Both the position numbers and the translations under genes were made by a program. Positions 37,125-47,747 of a DNA stretch of 58,403 bases are shown piece after piece. Source of the stretch: a virus (taxonomy: Duplodnaviria > Caudoviricetes); IMG/VR virus record IMGVR_UViG_3300023283_000094, positions 1 to 58,403 of that record, one strand, 5' to 3'. The number at the start of each line of letters is the position of its first letter. Position 1 is the stretch's first letter. The notes beneath the pieces are model-generated. The model worked only from the letters and a program-made list of their open reading frames with translations. It was not told where the DNA came from and did no database searches.

Positions 37125-40013
37125 ATGACGGTCGATATAGAATACACGCGCCCGTGGATGTACCCGAAGCAGGAGCGTGCTATATTCAACGACGCCAGGT
37201 ACGCGGTCGTAGAAGCGCCGCAACCCCTTGACGCAATGGTGTATACACCGACGGGGCCCGTGCGCATGGGCGACATATCTGTCGGTGATACTGTGCTGGG
37301 TGCGAACGGCAAGCCGTACGGGGTCACCAGGGTCCTTGATGTGGGTGACAGGGACGTATATGAACTTGTTTTTAGAGATGGCGCACGCGCACAGGCCGCA
37401 AAGTCTCACGTGTGGAGGGTTAGTAATGACCGTTTCATCGGTCGGCACTGCACCACCGCGCAGATGGCGGAACTCACGCCCGGTACTCTAAGCGCATATT
37501 ACATTGATTGCTGTGAACCGTTACAGTTCAACCCGCAAGACGTACCTATCGACCCGTGGTTGCTGGGGATCTTGCTCGGTGATGGGTGCTTGTGCTCTAA
37601 CGTGATATCTATATCCACGGCAGATCCATTCATCGTGGACGAGGTTGTGGCCAGGGTTCCTTCTGGGTACGAGGTCAAGGGTGACGCGGCTAGCAGGCAC
37701 AGATATATCATTAAAGCGATTGACCGGCACGCCGGTCGTTGTGACCCGGAAAACGTATACCTTGAGGGCGGTACATACGAACCGTGCACCGGCACGGAAT
37801 ACCCGCGTGGATATCAAGACCGCCCGGAGGTTGTGGCAGTCAAGAAGGAAACACGGCTGGAGCGATACCGTGATACCTACATCACGACCCACGGCAACCT
37901 TATGCGTGGCCTGGAAGCGCTTGGACTGAGGGGGCGCAACCACACAAACAAGTTTATACCGGATCTATATAAATATAATACGGTTGACTGTAGGAGACGG
38001 GTGCTTTGTGGGTTGATAGACTCCGATGGGCACGTCCCCGCAAATTCCGCGATAGTACGGGTGGTGGTTACGTCACGTCAACTGGCACAAGACATACAGG
38101 AGGTTGTGCGTGGTCTAGGGGGCACGTGTAATATCAGCCACAGAAAAGCGCGTAACCCGAACCGGTCGGATTCGTGGGATTGTTCAATCGAACACAGGGA
38201 TCTGCATCGGTTCGTCAGTCTGCCGCGTAAAGCGCGGAATGTGTCTAATGGCGGGCGGCGTGTGTGCCGAAAAATCAGTGAGATTAATCACGTTGGGGTG
38301 AAACCGACCATATGCCTGTCTGTCGATAGCCCCGACCACCTGTATGTAACTGACGGTTGTATCCCGACACACAATAGCACGAAGAGTGGCAAGGCGCAAC
38401 CGCTGTACTCTATGGTGCAGACACCGTACGGTGCGCGGTCGATGTGCAGCATGGACACGGGCGATGTCGTGCTGACGCCCGGTGGGCGTGCCGTGGTTAC
38501 CGGGATATACCCGCAGGGCACGCGGGAAATCTATAACGTCGAGTTCAGTGACGGGTCAACCACACACGCTACTGCCGACCACCTGTGGGAGATGCATACG
38601 CGTGCGGAGTCGACTATCCTCATGACGACGTCCGACCTGGCGACGTTGATCCGCGAGGATGTTGAGTTGTGGCTGCCGCCGATTGTACATATGCCGGAAC
38701 TCGACGGTAGGCAACTCGTGGGGGTACAGCCTGCCGGTGACGCCGAGACACAATGTATCAAGATAAGCGACCCGCGTGGCCTGTACCTGACGGACGACTA
38801 TATACCGACCCACAACACACTCGGGTGCCTCATATGGCTGTTCGAACAGGCGATACAGGGCGATAAGGGCCATAACTACTGGTGGGTATCACATACCCAG
38901 TCGCAGGCGGACGATGCGTTCAGGCGCATGAAGAACATGATACCCAAGGACTTTTACAAGAAAAACGAGGCGTACCGGTACATAGAACTGAAACTGAACG
39001 GCGCGTATATATGGTTCAAGACGGGCGAAGCGCCCGACACCCTTTTCGGCGCTGATGTGTATGCGGCGGTTATCGACGAGGCGTCGCGTGTACGTGAGGA
39101 ATCGTGGCACGCCGTGCGAACGACGCTGACGGCCACACGTGGTAAGATCAGGATCATCGGCAACGTCAAGGGCCGACAGAACTGGGCATATCACCTGGCA
39201 CGTAAGGCCGAGGAGTCCGACAGCGATAGGTTCCACTACGAGAAGATAACGGCGTATGACGCTGCCGATGCGGGCGTGATCAGTTACGACGAGATAGAAG
39301 ACGCCAAAGAAATATACCCCGAGGATAAGTTCAGGGAGCTATACCTGGCGGAACCTGGTGACGACGTGGGTAACCCGTTTGGTATACAACATATACGCAG
39401 ATGTCTGCGGCGTGACGAAGACGGGAACCCCGTGGCGAAGGTGCGCGACACGGAACCGCTGGTCTGGGGCATCGACCTGGCGAAAGAGGCCAACTGGACG
39501 GTGTGTATAGCGCTGGACGACGAGTGTCGCGTGTGTGACTTCATGAGGTTCAAGCACGATTCGTGGGAAAACACGATCGCCAAGATCGTCGCGCGCGTCA
39601 AGATGACACCCGCACTCGTCGACTCGACGACTACCGGCGGTGACCAGGCACTCGAAAGGTTACGCGAAGGCGACCGCCATAACTTCAAAGGGTTCAACTT
39701 CAGTGGGCCGTCTAAACAGGACCTGATGCTCGGGCTGGCTATCGCTATACAGAACCGCGAGATCGAGATACCGGCCGGTATCATCCAGAACGAACTCGAA
39801 CAGTTCCAGTATGAACGCAAGCCGTCGGGCAATATCGTGTACTCGGCGCCCAGGGGACGAACGGACGACGCGGTTGACGCGCTGGGGTTGGCATACCGAC
39901 ACTGGCAGAAATATACCGAACAGCCCGATGACTTCGAGCCGATCGGTATATCGAGAGCGTCGCCGTGGGACCCGGGCGGCCTGTACAGGCCAGCGACGGG
40001 CTGGGAGATATGA
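37125..40013 (+). CDS. terL: terminase large subunit with two inteins
   Basis: Spliced Walker A EASTKSGKT, Walker B VIDEA, nuclease GIDLA...DDAVDAL; 435 aa after splicing. Confidence 0.93.
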   Translation: MTVDIEYTRPWMYPKQERAIFNDARYAVVEAPQPLDAMVYTPTGPVRMGDISVGDTVLGANGKPYGVTRVLDVGDRDVYELVFRDGARAQAAKSHVWRVSNDRFIGRHCTTAQMAELTPGTLSAYYIDCCEPLQFNPQDVPIDPWLLGILLGDGCLCSNVISISTADPFIVDEVVARVPSGYEVKGDAASRHRYIIKAIDRHAGRCDPENVYLEGGTYEPCTGTEYPRGYQDRPEVVAVKKETRLERYRDTYITTHGNLMRGLEALGLRGRNHTNKFIPDLYKYNTVDCRRRVLCGLIDSDGHVPANSAIVRVVVTSRQLAQDIQEVVRGLGGTCNISHRKARNPNRSDSWDCSIEHRDLHRFVSLPRKARNVSNGGRRVCRKISEINHVGVKPTICLSVDSPDHLYVTDGCIPTHNSTKSGKAQPLYSMVQTPYGARSMCSMDTGDVVLTPGGRAVVTGIYPQGTREIYNVEFSDGSTTHATADHLWEMHTRAESTILMTTSDLATLIREDVELWLPPIVHMPELDGRQLVGVQPAGDAETQCIKISDPRGLYLTDDYIPTHNTLGCLIWLFEQAIQGDKGHNYWWVSHTQSQADDAFRRMKNMIPKDFYKKNEAYRYIELKLNGAYIWFKTGEAPDTLFGADVYAAVIDEASRVREESWHAVRTTLTATRGKIRIIGNVKGRQNWAYHLARKAEESDSDRFHYEKITAYDAADAGVISYDEIEDAKEIYPEDKFRELYLAEPGDDVGNPFGIQHIRRCLRRDEDGNPVAKVRDTEPLVWGIDLAKEANWTVCIALDDECRVCDFMRFKHDSWENTIAKIVARVKMTPALVDSTTTGGDQALERLREGDRHNFKGFNFSGPSKQDLMLGLAIAIQNREIEIPAGIIQNELEQFQYERKPSGNIVYSAPRGRTDDAVDALGLAYRHWQKYTEQPDDFEPIGISRASPWDPGGLYRPATGWEI
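37218..38375 (+). mobile_element. class-3 intein (386 aa) with LAGLIDADG endonuclease
   Basis: Starts PQPL, HVW, TICLSV, ends PTHN/S; LLGILLGDG and LCGLIDSDG. Confidence 0.88.
38394..38816 (+). mobile_element. class-3 mini-intein (141 aa)
   Basis: Starts AQPL, TADHLW, TQCIKI, ends PTHN/T; no endonuclease. Confidence 0.88.
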
Positions 40014-40043
40014 TGTATATGACAGTGCCTACAACGTAAGAGG

Positions 40044-41432
40044 GTGGACCATATGTCTGATGAGACAATAGACATGGCGCGATTGGAGAAACAGGAGGAG
40101 TCGGTACGGTTTGATGAGATCGGGTTCAGCGGCCTGAAGCGTAGCGGCGGTGTGCTGCTGGAGGAGTTTCTACCGGCGCTGCGCGGTAAGCGCGGTCGTG
40201 ATGTGTTTATCGAGATGCGCGATAACGACCCGATCGTCGGTGCGTCGCTACTGGCCATCAAGAACCTGACGCGACAGGCGGACTGGCGCGTGGAGCCGGG
40301 CGGCCAGTCGGAGGCAGATGTCGAGGCGGCACGGTTCATCGACGGTGCGCTACACGACACGGAGATACCGTTCAAGCAGTTCGTGTCGCAGGCCATGAGT
40401 ATGCTGGTGTTTGGATGGTCGTGGTTCGAGATCGTGTTCAAGCGGCGTAACGGTAACGCGTTTGACCTGGCGAGCGGCAGTAGGTTCGATGACGGGCGTA
40501 TCGGCTGGCGAAAGTTTGCCATACGGTCGCAGGACTCGCTGCACCAGTGGGAGTTCGATGACGACGGTAACGTGATCGCGATGGAGCAGCGCGCGTCGCC
40601 CAACTTCAAGTTGCGACGTATACCGCGCTCAAAGTCGCTGCATTTCGTGACCATGTCGACCACGGGCAGTCCGGAAGGCAAGTCGATACTGCGTAATAGT
40701 TTCCGATCGTGGCATTTTCGCAAGCGCATAGAGGAACTCGAAGGTATCGGCCTGGAACGCGACCTGGCGGGTATACCGAAGGTGACGGTACCGCCGCGAC
40801 TGCTGAGCGATAGCGCGTCCGACAGAGACAAACAGCAGTTGCAGTATGTCGTCAACATGGCGAAACGCGTACGTAACGACGAAGAGGCGGCCATCATCAT
40901 ACCGGCGCTGTTCGATGAGGACGGTAACCGCACGTTCGATTTCGAGTTAATGTCGACGCGCGGCCGCAAGAATTTCGATACGACGGGTATCATCGAACGC
41001 AAGAGCCGCGAGATAGCCATGTCGATGCTGTCGGACTTCATCGTGCTGGGCCACGAGTCGGTGGGGTCGTTCGCGTTGGCTTCGTCCAAGACCAACCTGT
41101 TCAGTGTGGCTATCGGTGCGTTCCTCGATGTGATAGCGGAGGAAATCAATAGGCGCGCGATACCGCAGTTACTCAGCATCAACGGTATGACGGACGTTGA
41201 GATACCGACGCTGGTACACAGCGATATCGAGACGATCGACCTGGAAGCGCTCGCGCGGTATGTGTCTGCACTGAGTGGCGCCGGTATCGACCTGACGGGT
41301 GAAGATATACGCCGTCACCTGTTCCAGCAGGTAGGGATAACGTCCGACACTCAGCGGTCCGGCCAAACGGATGGCCAAGTAGATGACGGGGACGAAAATG
41401 GGTCGTTTACCGAGGGAGCCGACGAAGTGTAG
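40044..41432 (+). CDS. portal protein (DUF935/Mu gp29-like)
   Basis: After terL; EIGFSGL, FGWSWFEIV, PEGKSILR, GIGLERDLAG, GSFAL. Confidence 0.88.
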   Translation: MDHMSDETIDMARLEKQEESVRFDEIGFSGLKRSGGVLLEEFLPALRGKRGRDVFIEMRDNDPIVGASLLAIKNLTRQADWRVEPGGQSEADVEAARFIDGALHDTEIPFKQFVSQAMSMLVFGWSWFEIVFKRRNGNAFDLASGSRFDDGRIGWRKFAIRSQDSLHQWEFDDDGNVIAMEQRASPNFKLRRIPRSKSLHFVTMSTTGSPEGKSILRNSFRSWHFRKRIEELEGIGLERDLAGIPKVTVPPRLLSDSASDRDKQQLQYVVNMAKRVRNDEEAAIIIPALFDEDGNRTFDFELMSTRGRKNFDTTGIIERKSREIAMSMLSDFIVLGHESVGSFALASSKTNLFSVAIGAFLDVIAEEINRRAIPQLLSINGMTDVEIPTLVHSDIETIDLEALARYVSALSGAGIDLTGEDIRRHLFQQVGITSDTQRSGQTDGQVDDGDENGSFTEGADEV

Positions 41433-41625
41433 CGAACGCGACTGTAACAACTTCATAACACCGCGATCGAGACCGCCAGTGACGTGCGCGCGGTGTGGAG
41501 CGCTGTATTGTAGTGACCACCTGGTGGCGAAACTGTTTGTGGACAACGATCGCGTGGTCGCCAAGGGATTATATTACTGTGTATACTGCGCACCGACACC
41601 AAACGATCACACCGTAACGGGATAG
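41383..41625 (+). CDS. small Zn-finger protein
   Basis: C....C, CARC...YCSDH, CVYC. Confidence 0.5.
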   Translation: MTGTKMGRLPREPTKCSERDCNNFITPRSRPPVTCARCGALYCSDHLVAKLFVDNDRVVAKGLYYCVYCAPTPNDHTVTG

Positions 41626-41630
41626 ATGTT

Positions 41631-44033
41631 ATGCCGCTACCGAGACCGTCAGAAGGCCAATCAAAAGATGAGTTCATCGCTGCGTGTCTGCGTGACGATG
41701 AGATTATACGTGAGTTTGGCTCCGGCAGCCGACGGGCGCAGGCGGTTTGTCACGCTCGCTATAATGAATTTAATAAAAGTGAATCCGATGGAGGTAACGG
41801 GATGGGTATATTAGACTTTTTCCGATCAGACGACGATCGGATAGATGAACTGCTCAAGGGCAAGGGCGACGGTGTGAGCCTTGATGTCCTTAATGGCATG
41901 TCAAACGACCAGCTTATATCGCACTTCGCTGGTATCAGTGTGCGCGTGGAGGGCCTGATCGATATGGCGCGTGACTTCATGCGTGAACTCGATAGCCGTG
42001 ACGTTGATGTACCGGCTACACAATTGGCAGGTATCATCGCGCGACGTGGCGACCGGGACGACGTACGCACGTCCAGCGATGACCTACAGATAAACAAACA
42101 GTTGGCGCAGCCACGCACACCGAGTTTCGACGGCACGGAAGACACGCCGTGGGAGCGGCCGACACTCAGCGATTACGTGACCAACCTGAGCGAATGCGAT
42201 TCTGACGCGTCTGAGGTTGGCGAACTGAGCGGGCGGTGCAAGACGGCGATTGCGGCACACTCGCTGTTGGGTGACCCGGATGCAGACGACTTGGACGGAC
42301 TGGATTCGTTCCCGGTCGTCAACCCCGCCACAGGCAACCTCAACAGGAACGCGCTGTCCAACGCCAGGGCACGCAGGCGGTTTGCTGACGACCCGGACGC
42401 GCTCGCGTCTAAGATAGACCAGTTACTGGAATCTGAGTTTGGCGTCGAGGTAGATAAATCCGACGGGTCGGCCGACGGTGATGACAGGTTGCGTGATATG
42501 TTGGAGCGTGCGCTGCCGGGCAGGGGCGTCACGGACGCTGATGTGATGCTGGTGGGTGGCTCGCCGAGTAAGCTGGACGTAATACGTAAGCACGTGTATA
42601 GCGGACCGGTCGGCAAGACGGTCAACGATACATACCTGTCGCATATCGACTCCGATAGTGTGTACCTGACCAACGCCGTACCCGTGTACCTGAGTGACGA
42701 CGACGGTAACCCGCGAGAGCCAAACGCGGATGACATTGACGAGTGGTTGCCATACCTCAAGCACGAACTGGAGCGTGTGCGGCCTCGGGTCGTCGTGGCT
42801 ATGGGTCGCGCGGCACGCAGCGCGGTCGAGAAGGCAACGGACATAGAATTCGGTGCGGGCCCGCACGAGTATGTACCGCATCCACGCGCCATCAACATAC
42901 ACGGCGATAGCGGCGAGGTCGGCCGTAAGCTACCACGTATCAACGACGCGCTACGGGAGTTAACAAAGGGAAAAGTAGAGAGGCGTAGTTTCGATAACTT
43001 TTTCACGGTGAGTGGCGGTGTCGCCAACGACAGGGGCGAGTCGATGCCAGAAACCGCCACTGAATCCGATGCCGATAACTTCGCTATCGTGCGCGAGTTC
43101 AGGGCGGGCGGTAATGAAGTGACTATTAGCGGCAGGAGCCGCGATCAGGTTATTGAGACTGCGCGCAACATAGCGGCGCGCGATAGCGGTGACGAACTCC
43201 GGGTGGTCATCGTGGGCGAGCGTGTGGGCAACCTCGACGGCGACCCGCTGTTCAGGGACATAGCCGGGTTCGTGTATATCGACAAGAGTGCTATGGTCGA
43301 CGACCTGCCGCCCGTGGGTCGGGAACGATCGTTCAACCGCGACGATGCGTTGGCGCGCGTCAGGAGGTGGGCGTCGACCGATGGGTCGGGCGACAAAGAT
43401 ACTATCGACTTCAGTAAGTTCGGCCGTGCGTTCCTTGCGCTTGTGGGGCCGCCAACCAATATCAGTAGTTTCAGGTTGCTTGTGGCCGACGTGATCGACG
43501 GGCGGTTGGTAGCGGTGCCCGCTGCACTGCGCGGTGCACGTGATCGCGTGGACGAGATAGATGGCGTATCGGCGGTGGACGCGATGCGGATACGTCGTGC
43601 CGTCGATACGCTGTTGCGTGACGCTGATAGCGTGCTCGCCAAGTCTGACCAGCCCGGCAGGCTGCTCAAGACGGACGACGAGAAGCAGGTCGTCTATGGC
43701 GTTGTGATGGAGCCAGAGACCGAGGATACGGACGGTAATTGGACCACCAGGGACGAGATTGAGGACGCGGCACATTTCTTCATGAAGCACTTTCAGAATG
43801 TCGGACACGAACACATACAGGAGATAGAGGACGGCGTGTGCGTGGTCGAGAGTTCTGTACTATGGACCGATACCGAGATCGGTGGTAAGGTGGTGCCCGA
43901 GGGCTCGTGGGTGATGGCCGTCAAGGTGGACGACGACCGACGCTGGCAGATGGTGAAGTCGGGTGAGTATACCGGGTTCAGCATAGACGCGCTGGCACGG
44001 ATCAACCCCGGGTTGCGATTACGGGACAACTAG
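41631..44033 (+). CDS. multidomain prohead protease: UDG-like domain plus C-terminal XkdF-like protease
   Basis: UDG-like VMLVG.SP...YLTNAV...RPRVVVAMG..A...PHP; XkdF-like VYGVVMEP..D.DG...H...PEGSW...GEYTGFSI. Confidence 0.82.
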   Translation: MPLPRPSEGQSKDEFIAACLRDDEIIREFGSGSRRAQAVCHARYNEFNKSESDGGNGMGILDFFRSDDDRIDELLKGKGDGVSLDVLNGMSNDQLISHFAGISVRVEGLIDMARDFMRELDSRDVDVPATQLAGIIARRGDRDDVRTSSDDLQINKQLAQPRTPSFDGTEDTPWERPTLSDYVTNLSECDSDASEVGELSGRCKTAIAAHSLLGDPDADDLDGLDSFPVVNPATGNLNRNALSNARARRRFADDPDALASKIDQLLESEFGVEVDKSDGSADGDDRLRDMLERALPGRGVTDADVMLVGGSPSKLDVIRKHVYSGPVGKTVNDTYLSHIDSDSVYLTNAVPVYLSDDDGNPREPNADDIDEWLPYLKHELERVRPRVVVAMGRAARSAVEKATDIEFGAGPHEYVPHPRAINIHGDSGEVGRKLPRINDALRELTKGKVERRSFDNFFTVSGGVANDRGESMPETATESDADNFAIVREFRAGGNEVTISGRSRDQVIETARNIAARDSGDELRVVIVGERVGNLDGDPLFRDIAGFVYIDKSAMVDDLPPVGRERSFNRDDALARVRRWASTDGSGDKDTIDFSKFGRAFLALVGPPTNISSFRLLVADVIDGRLVAVPAALRGARDRVDEIDGVSAVDAMRIRRAVDTLLRDADSVLAKSDQPGRLLKTDDEKQVVYGVVMEPETEDTDGNWTTRDEIEDAAHFFMKHFQNVGHEHIQEIEDGVCVVESSVLWTDTEIGGKVVPEGSWVMAVKVDDDRRWQMVKSGEYTGFSIDALARINPGLRLRDN

Positions 44034-44118
44034 CATCACCACTTGCGAGTCTATAGGGTATACTATAACTTACGTAGTGTTACGTTGAAAATGAAACACC
44101 CGATGGGATTATAGGCCG

Positions 44119-44979
44119 ATGACCTCACCGTTTCCTGGCTACACTTATAATATCAAGCCGAGGCGTGTGGATTTTACTAAAAAGGCCGCCAATAAGTGGG
44201 AGTTTCTGGTAACCAAAAACCAAGAGGGAATTTCAATGGACGAGAGAATTTTGGAAATTCTCCGAGAGACAGAGGCCGATAACGAGGACGACCTTCTCAA
44301 GGCCCTGAACTCGGAGGGGGTGTCCGACGAGGTCATCGAGGTCTGCAAGTCGATTGCACGACTTCGTAGTGCTTTCAGTGACGAGGTCGACGGCGAGTTT
44401 ATCGCCAAGGCGCTCAACGTTGAACTTCAGCAGTCCGAACCGCAACAGGAGATCGACCCGAACGAGGTGGAGATTACCAAGTCCGACCTTGAGGGTCTGT
44501 CGCGTGAAGTGCGTGCAAAGGTCGAGGCGATCAGTGAGAGCCGCGACGAGCTTCGTAAGTCCGTGCAGGACCTGAGCGAGCGCACGGAGACACTTGAGAA
44601 GACGCTGGCCGACAAGGCGGCGCGCGAGGTGCGCGCGACATGGGAGCGTCGCGTGAACGAACTCGACAACGTGTCTATCGAGAAGTCGGACCTGATCGAT
44701 CGGATGGTGCAGCTTGAGGATAGCCTCGGGCCGGATGCAGCTAACGACCACTTCGAGACACTCAGGTCGGCAGATGAACTGGCGAAGCAGGCTTCCGTGA
44801 TGACGAGCGAGATCGGTACTTCGTTGCCGGGTAACGCGGGCGATGCATACGACAGTCTGGAGGCAGAGGCGCGAGAGATCCAGAAGAGTCAGGATATTTC
44901 GTTCGCCGATGCGCTTGACAGGGCTGCTCGTGACAACCCCGAGCTTGCGCGCGAGTACTACGAAGAGCTTCGCTCATAA
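44119..44979 (+). CDS. capsid scaffolding protein
   Basis: Acidic coiled coil, ends NPELAREY; between protease and capsid genes. Confidence 0.7.
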   Translation: MTSPFPGYTYNIKPRRVDFTKKAANKWEFLVTKNQEGISMDERILEILRETEADNEDDLLKALNSEGVSDEVIEVCKSIARLRSAFSDEVDGEFIAKALNVELQQSEPQQEIDPNEVEITKSDLEGLSREVRAKVEAISESRDELRKSVQDLSERTETLEKTLADKAAREVRATWERRVNELDNVSIEKSDLIDRMVQLEDSLGPDAANDHFETLRSADELAKQASVMTSEIGTSLPGNAGDAYDSLEAEAREIQKSQDISFADALDRAARDNPELAREYYEELRS

Positions 44980-45003
44980 CCTACAACACTAAGGGAACAG
45001 ACA

Positions 45004-45429
45004 ATGGCTGTTAGAGGACTTGACGTAATTCGTGAGACGTTTGAGGCGTCTACGGACCTTAGTGCCAACCCGAACTTCATCTTCATCACGCTTGACAGCA
45101 ACGACCAGTTGGTGCTACCGTCTGCCGGTGCGCCGGTTATCGGTATACTCGAAAACACCAGGGACCTGACTGCTGCAGGGCACGAGGGCGCGGTCGCGCT
45201 GACGGGCAAGATGAAGGTCGTCGCTGGCGGTACGATCAACGCTGGTGATAGATTGACACCCGACGCCAATGGTGCTGCTGTCGTGGCTACTGCCGCTACG
45301 GTCGACACCACAACCTCCGTCGCGGCGCAGGATGTCGACGGTGACGCTGTCGCCGCTATGGCACTCAGTGACGCGGCGAGTGGAGACGTGTTCGAGGTGC
45401 TGTTGACACCGGGCGGGGCACTGGTCTAA
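45004..45429 (+). CDS. capsid cement/decoration protein
   Basis: IGIL, KVVAGGTINAGD.LTPDANG.AV, A..GDVFEVLL. Confidence 0.75.
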   Translation: MAVRGLDVIRETFEASTDLSANPNFIFITLDSNDQLVLPSAGAPVIGILENTRDLTAAGHEGAVALTGKMKVVAGGTINAGDRLTPDANGAAVVATAATVDTTTSVAAQDVDGDAVAAMALSDAASGDVFEVLLTPGGALV

Positions 45430-45473
45430 CCAACAAATAAATAAACTGATCAACAACGATAGGGCAGCATAAA

Positions 45474-46463
45474 ATGCCAGCAACAGAGACAGGATTACAC
45501 GTAGATAAATTCCTGACAAACATCTCGATAGCGTTTGTCATGAAGGAAGACGACTTCGTGTCAGACAAGGTTTTCCCTGTCGTCCCGGTGCAGAAGAAGA
45601 GCGATTCGTTCGTCTTCTTCGAGAGGGGTACGTTCTACCGCTCCGGTGAGATTGGCGTGCGGCCGCTTGGCGGCACCGCTAACATTGCCGATTGGGATTC
45701 GACAACGGGGTCATATATCGCCGAGGAGCGTGCCTTGGCCACCAAGATCGACGACCGCCAGCGTGCCAACACGGACGATCCAATCAGTCAGGATCGCGCC
45801 GCAGCGCGTAAGCTACAGACAGCGATGGCAGTCGATAACGACAAGCGTTGGGTCGACAGCTACTTCACGGCCGGTCAGTGGACGACCGACCTTGACGGTA
45901 GCGGCGCTGATTTCACACAGTTCGACGACGGGTCTTCGGTCCCGATCGATCTGGTGGACGCGCAGTCGGAGGAGGTACGGAAGCGCACCACCTTCGCACC
46001 CAACACGATCGTCGCCGGTGCGCGCACATGGCGTGCGCTCAAGAACCACCCCGACATCAAGGAGCTGATTAAGTTTGGCGCCACGATGGAACAGCCTGCG
46101 ATCGTCACGCGTGAGCTTCTGGCTCAGGTGTTTGGCGTCGACAGGTTCCTGGTCGCGTGGGGTGTCGAGAACAGCGCCGCAGAGGGACAGACGGACGCGC
46201 TCGACTTCATCGCACCGGACGACGGGATGCTACTGGTGTACGCAGCACCGCAGCCGGCGATCGAGGAGCCGTCTGGCGGGTACACGTTCGCGTGGACCGG
46301 ACTACTCGATGGCGCAGCTAACTTGCTGGGCTCCGTGATCCAGAGGGGTCGCGATGAACTGTCGCACTCAGACCACTTCGAGATCAGGTCGGCGACTGAC
46401 CTTAACCTGGTCGCGCCCGACCTTGGTGTGTTCTTCGAGAACACCGTGGCGGGTAGCTTCTAA
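45474..46463 (+). CDS. major capsid protein
   Basis: HVDKFLTNISIA, VFPVVPVQKKSD, PNTIV...LKNHPDI, PSGGYTFAW. Confidence 0.88.
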   Translation: MPATETGLHVDKFLTNISIAFVMKEDDFVSDKVFPVVPVQKKSDSFVFFERGTFYRSGEIGVRPLGGTANIADWDSTTGSYIAEERALATKIDDRQRANTDDPISQDRAAARKLQTAMAVDNDKRWVDSYFTAGQWTTDLDGSGADFTQFDDGSSVPIDLVDAQSEEVRKRTTFAPNTIVAGARTWRALKNHPDIKELIKFGATMEQPAIVTRELLAQVFGVDRFLVAWGVENSAAEGQTDALDFIAPDDGMLLVYAAPQPAIEEPSGGYTFAWTGLLDGAANLLGSVIQRGRDELSHSDHFEIRSATDLNLVAPDLGVFFENTVAGSF

Positions 46464-46547
46464 AGTAGCGTAATATAATGGGCGGTCTGTGGTGGGGCGT
46501 GTCCCCATCGCAGGCTACTTGTATCTATACACACGGGCGCATCCATT

Positions 46548-46955
46548 ATGTCCTTTGACGACACGATACCTACAGATAAAGATTTCGTCAGGCTACTTAT
46601 AGGTGACGTGTTCGAGGATGAGGAGTTCCTGTCGGACGCCACTATCTTCAAGATTTTGGAGGATGAAGGCGACAACGTACTGGAAGCCGCGATAACATGC
46701 ACGAAGTTGATACTGGCACAAACCAGCCGTGACGCGAGTTTCCAGGCCAGCACGTTACGCATGGAATCCAGTGACGTGTTTGATCACTTCGAGCGCGTAC
46801 TGAGACACCTCAGGGATCAGCGTGACAGGGGCGGTATCAGGCCACGGTTCGTGAGTACCGAAGGTGTCAATAAGCGCGACGAGTTGTTGTTTGCGGTGGG
46901 AATGATGGACAACCCGCCGTTGAGTATAGATACGGACGCCGAGGAGGGTTCCTAG
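46548..46955 (+). CDS. head-tail adaptor
   Basis: VRLLIGD...LSDA.I...F.VGMMDNP; follows MCP. Confidence 0.7.
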   Translation: MSFDDTIPTDKDFVRLLIGDVFEDEEFLSDATIFKILEDEGDNVLEAAITCTKLILAQTSRDASFQASTLRMESSDVFDHFERVLRHLRDQRDRGGIRPRFVSTEGVNKRDELLFAVGMMDNPPLSIDTDAEEGS

Positions 46956-46956
46956 C

Positions 46957-47745
46957 GTGGCGGTGCCTGGCGATATCCTGAGTTTCGCGCGCGCGTTTGG
47001 CGACGCGAGTTCGCTCAGTAAGGGCGCACGCGGCGCGGTGGGCCGCATCCGATCGCGTACACTCGGTCGTGGTGCCGGACGCGGTACAACCGGCATGAGC
47101 GTGTTTGGGCTGATCGCGTGGGCAGCTTTTTTTGATTTTCTGACCACTGAAGTGCGTCGTGCGGCGGCCAAGCAAATGGTCGTCTTGACGGCAGCGGCGT
47201 ACGCCGAGGGTTACGAACTCGGGTGGTCACCTCAGGTGGCCACACCGTCGACTAACCTGAGTGCACCAAACGTCAAGCAGCGTCCGTTCTGGCGTATAGG
47301 TGTCAGGGCGGCGATATTGGAGCGCGAGGGTGTGGGCAGGGCCGCGCCGTTCCCGCCACGCATCAACAGGTCGGGCCTGTATTTCAGCGGGAGGTTCACG
47401 GCCGATCTACGTGGTATAGTGCGTGGCGATATACTCAAGCGGCTCGCGCGCCGGTCGTCGGGTGCGGCGACCACAAGGTTTTTCTGGGGTGCGCTGACCA
47501 ACCCCGACGTCAACGTATTTGAGCGGTTGGCCGAACGGTCGCGCGCGTTTATACGTAAGGCTATCAGGGCGCAGGACCTGGTCGACACGGGCGCGCTGTT
47601 GGCGAGCGTGCAGATAGCGCCCACGGAAGACGAGGCGCTCAAGAAAAGCGTCGCTGCAATGTTGCAGCGCCTGGAGACGCAGGGCAGGGTCGACGAACTA
47701 CAGGACCGCGTGGCAACTGGTATAACCAACCTGACGCAGGTATAG
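46957..47745 (+). CDS. basic neck/tail-completion protein
   Basis: Arg-rich, LVDTGALLAS motif; position. Confidence 0.55.
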   Translation: MAVPGDILSFARAFGDASSLSKGARGAVGRIRSRTLGRGAGRGTTGMSVFGLIAWAAFFDFLTTEVRRAAAKQMVVLTAAAYAEGYELGWSPQVATPSTNLSAPNVKQRPFWRIGVRAAILEREGVGRAAPFPPRINRSGLYFSGRFTADLRGIVRGDILKRLARRSSGAATTRFFWGALTNPDVNVFERLAERSRAFIRKAIRAQDLVDTGALLASVQIAPTEDEALKKSVAAMLQRLETQGRVDELQDRVATGITNLTQV

Positions 47746-47747
47746 CG

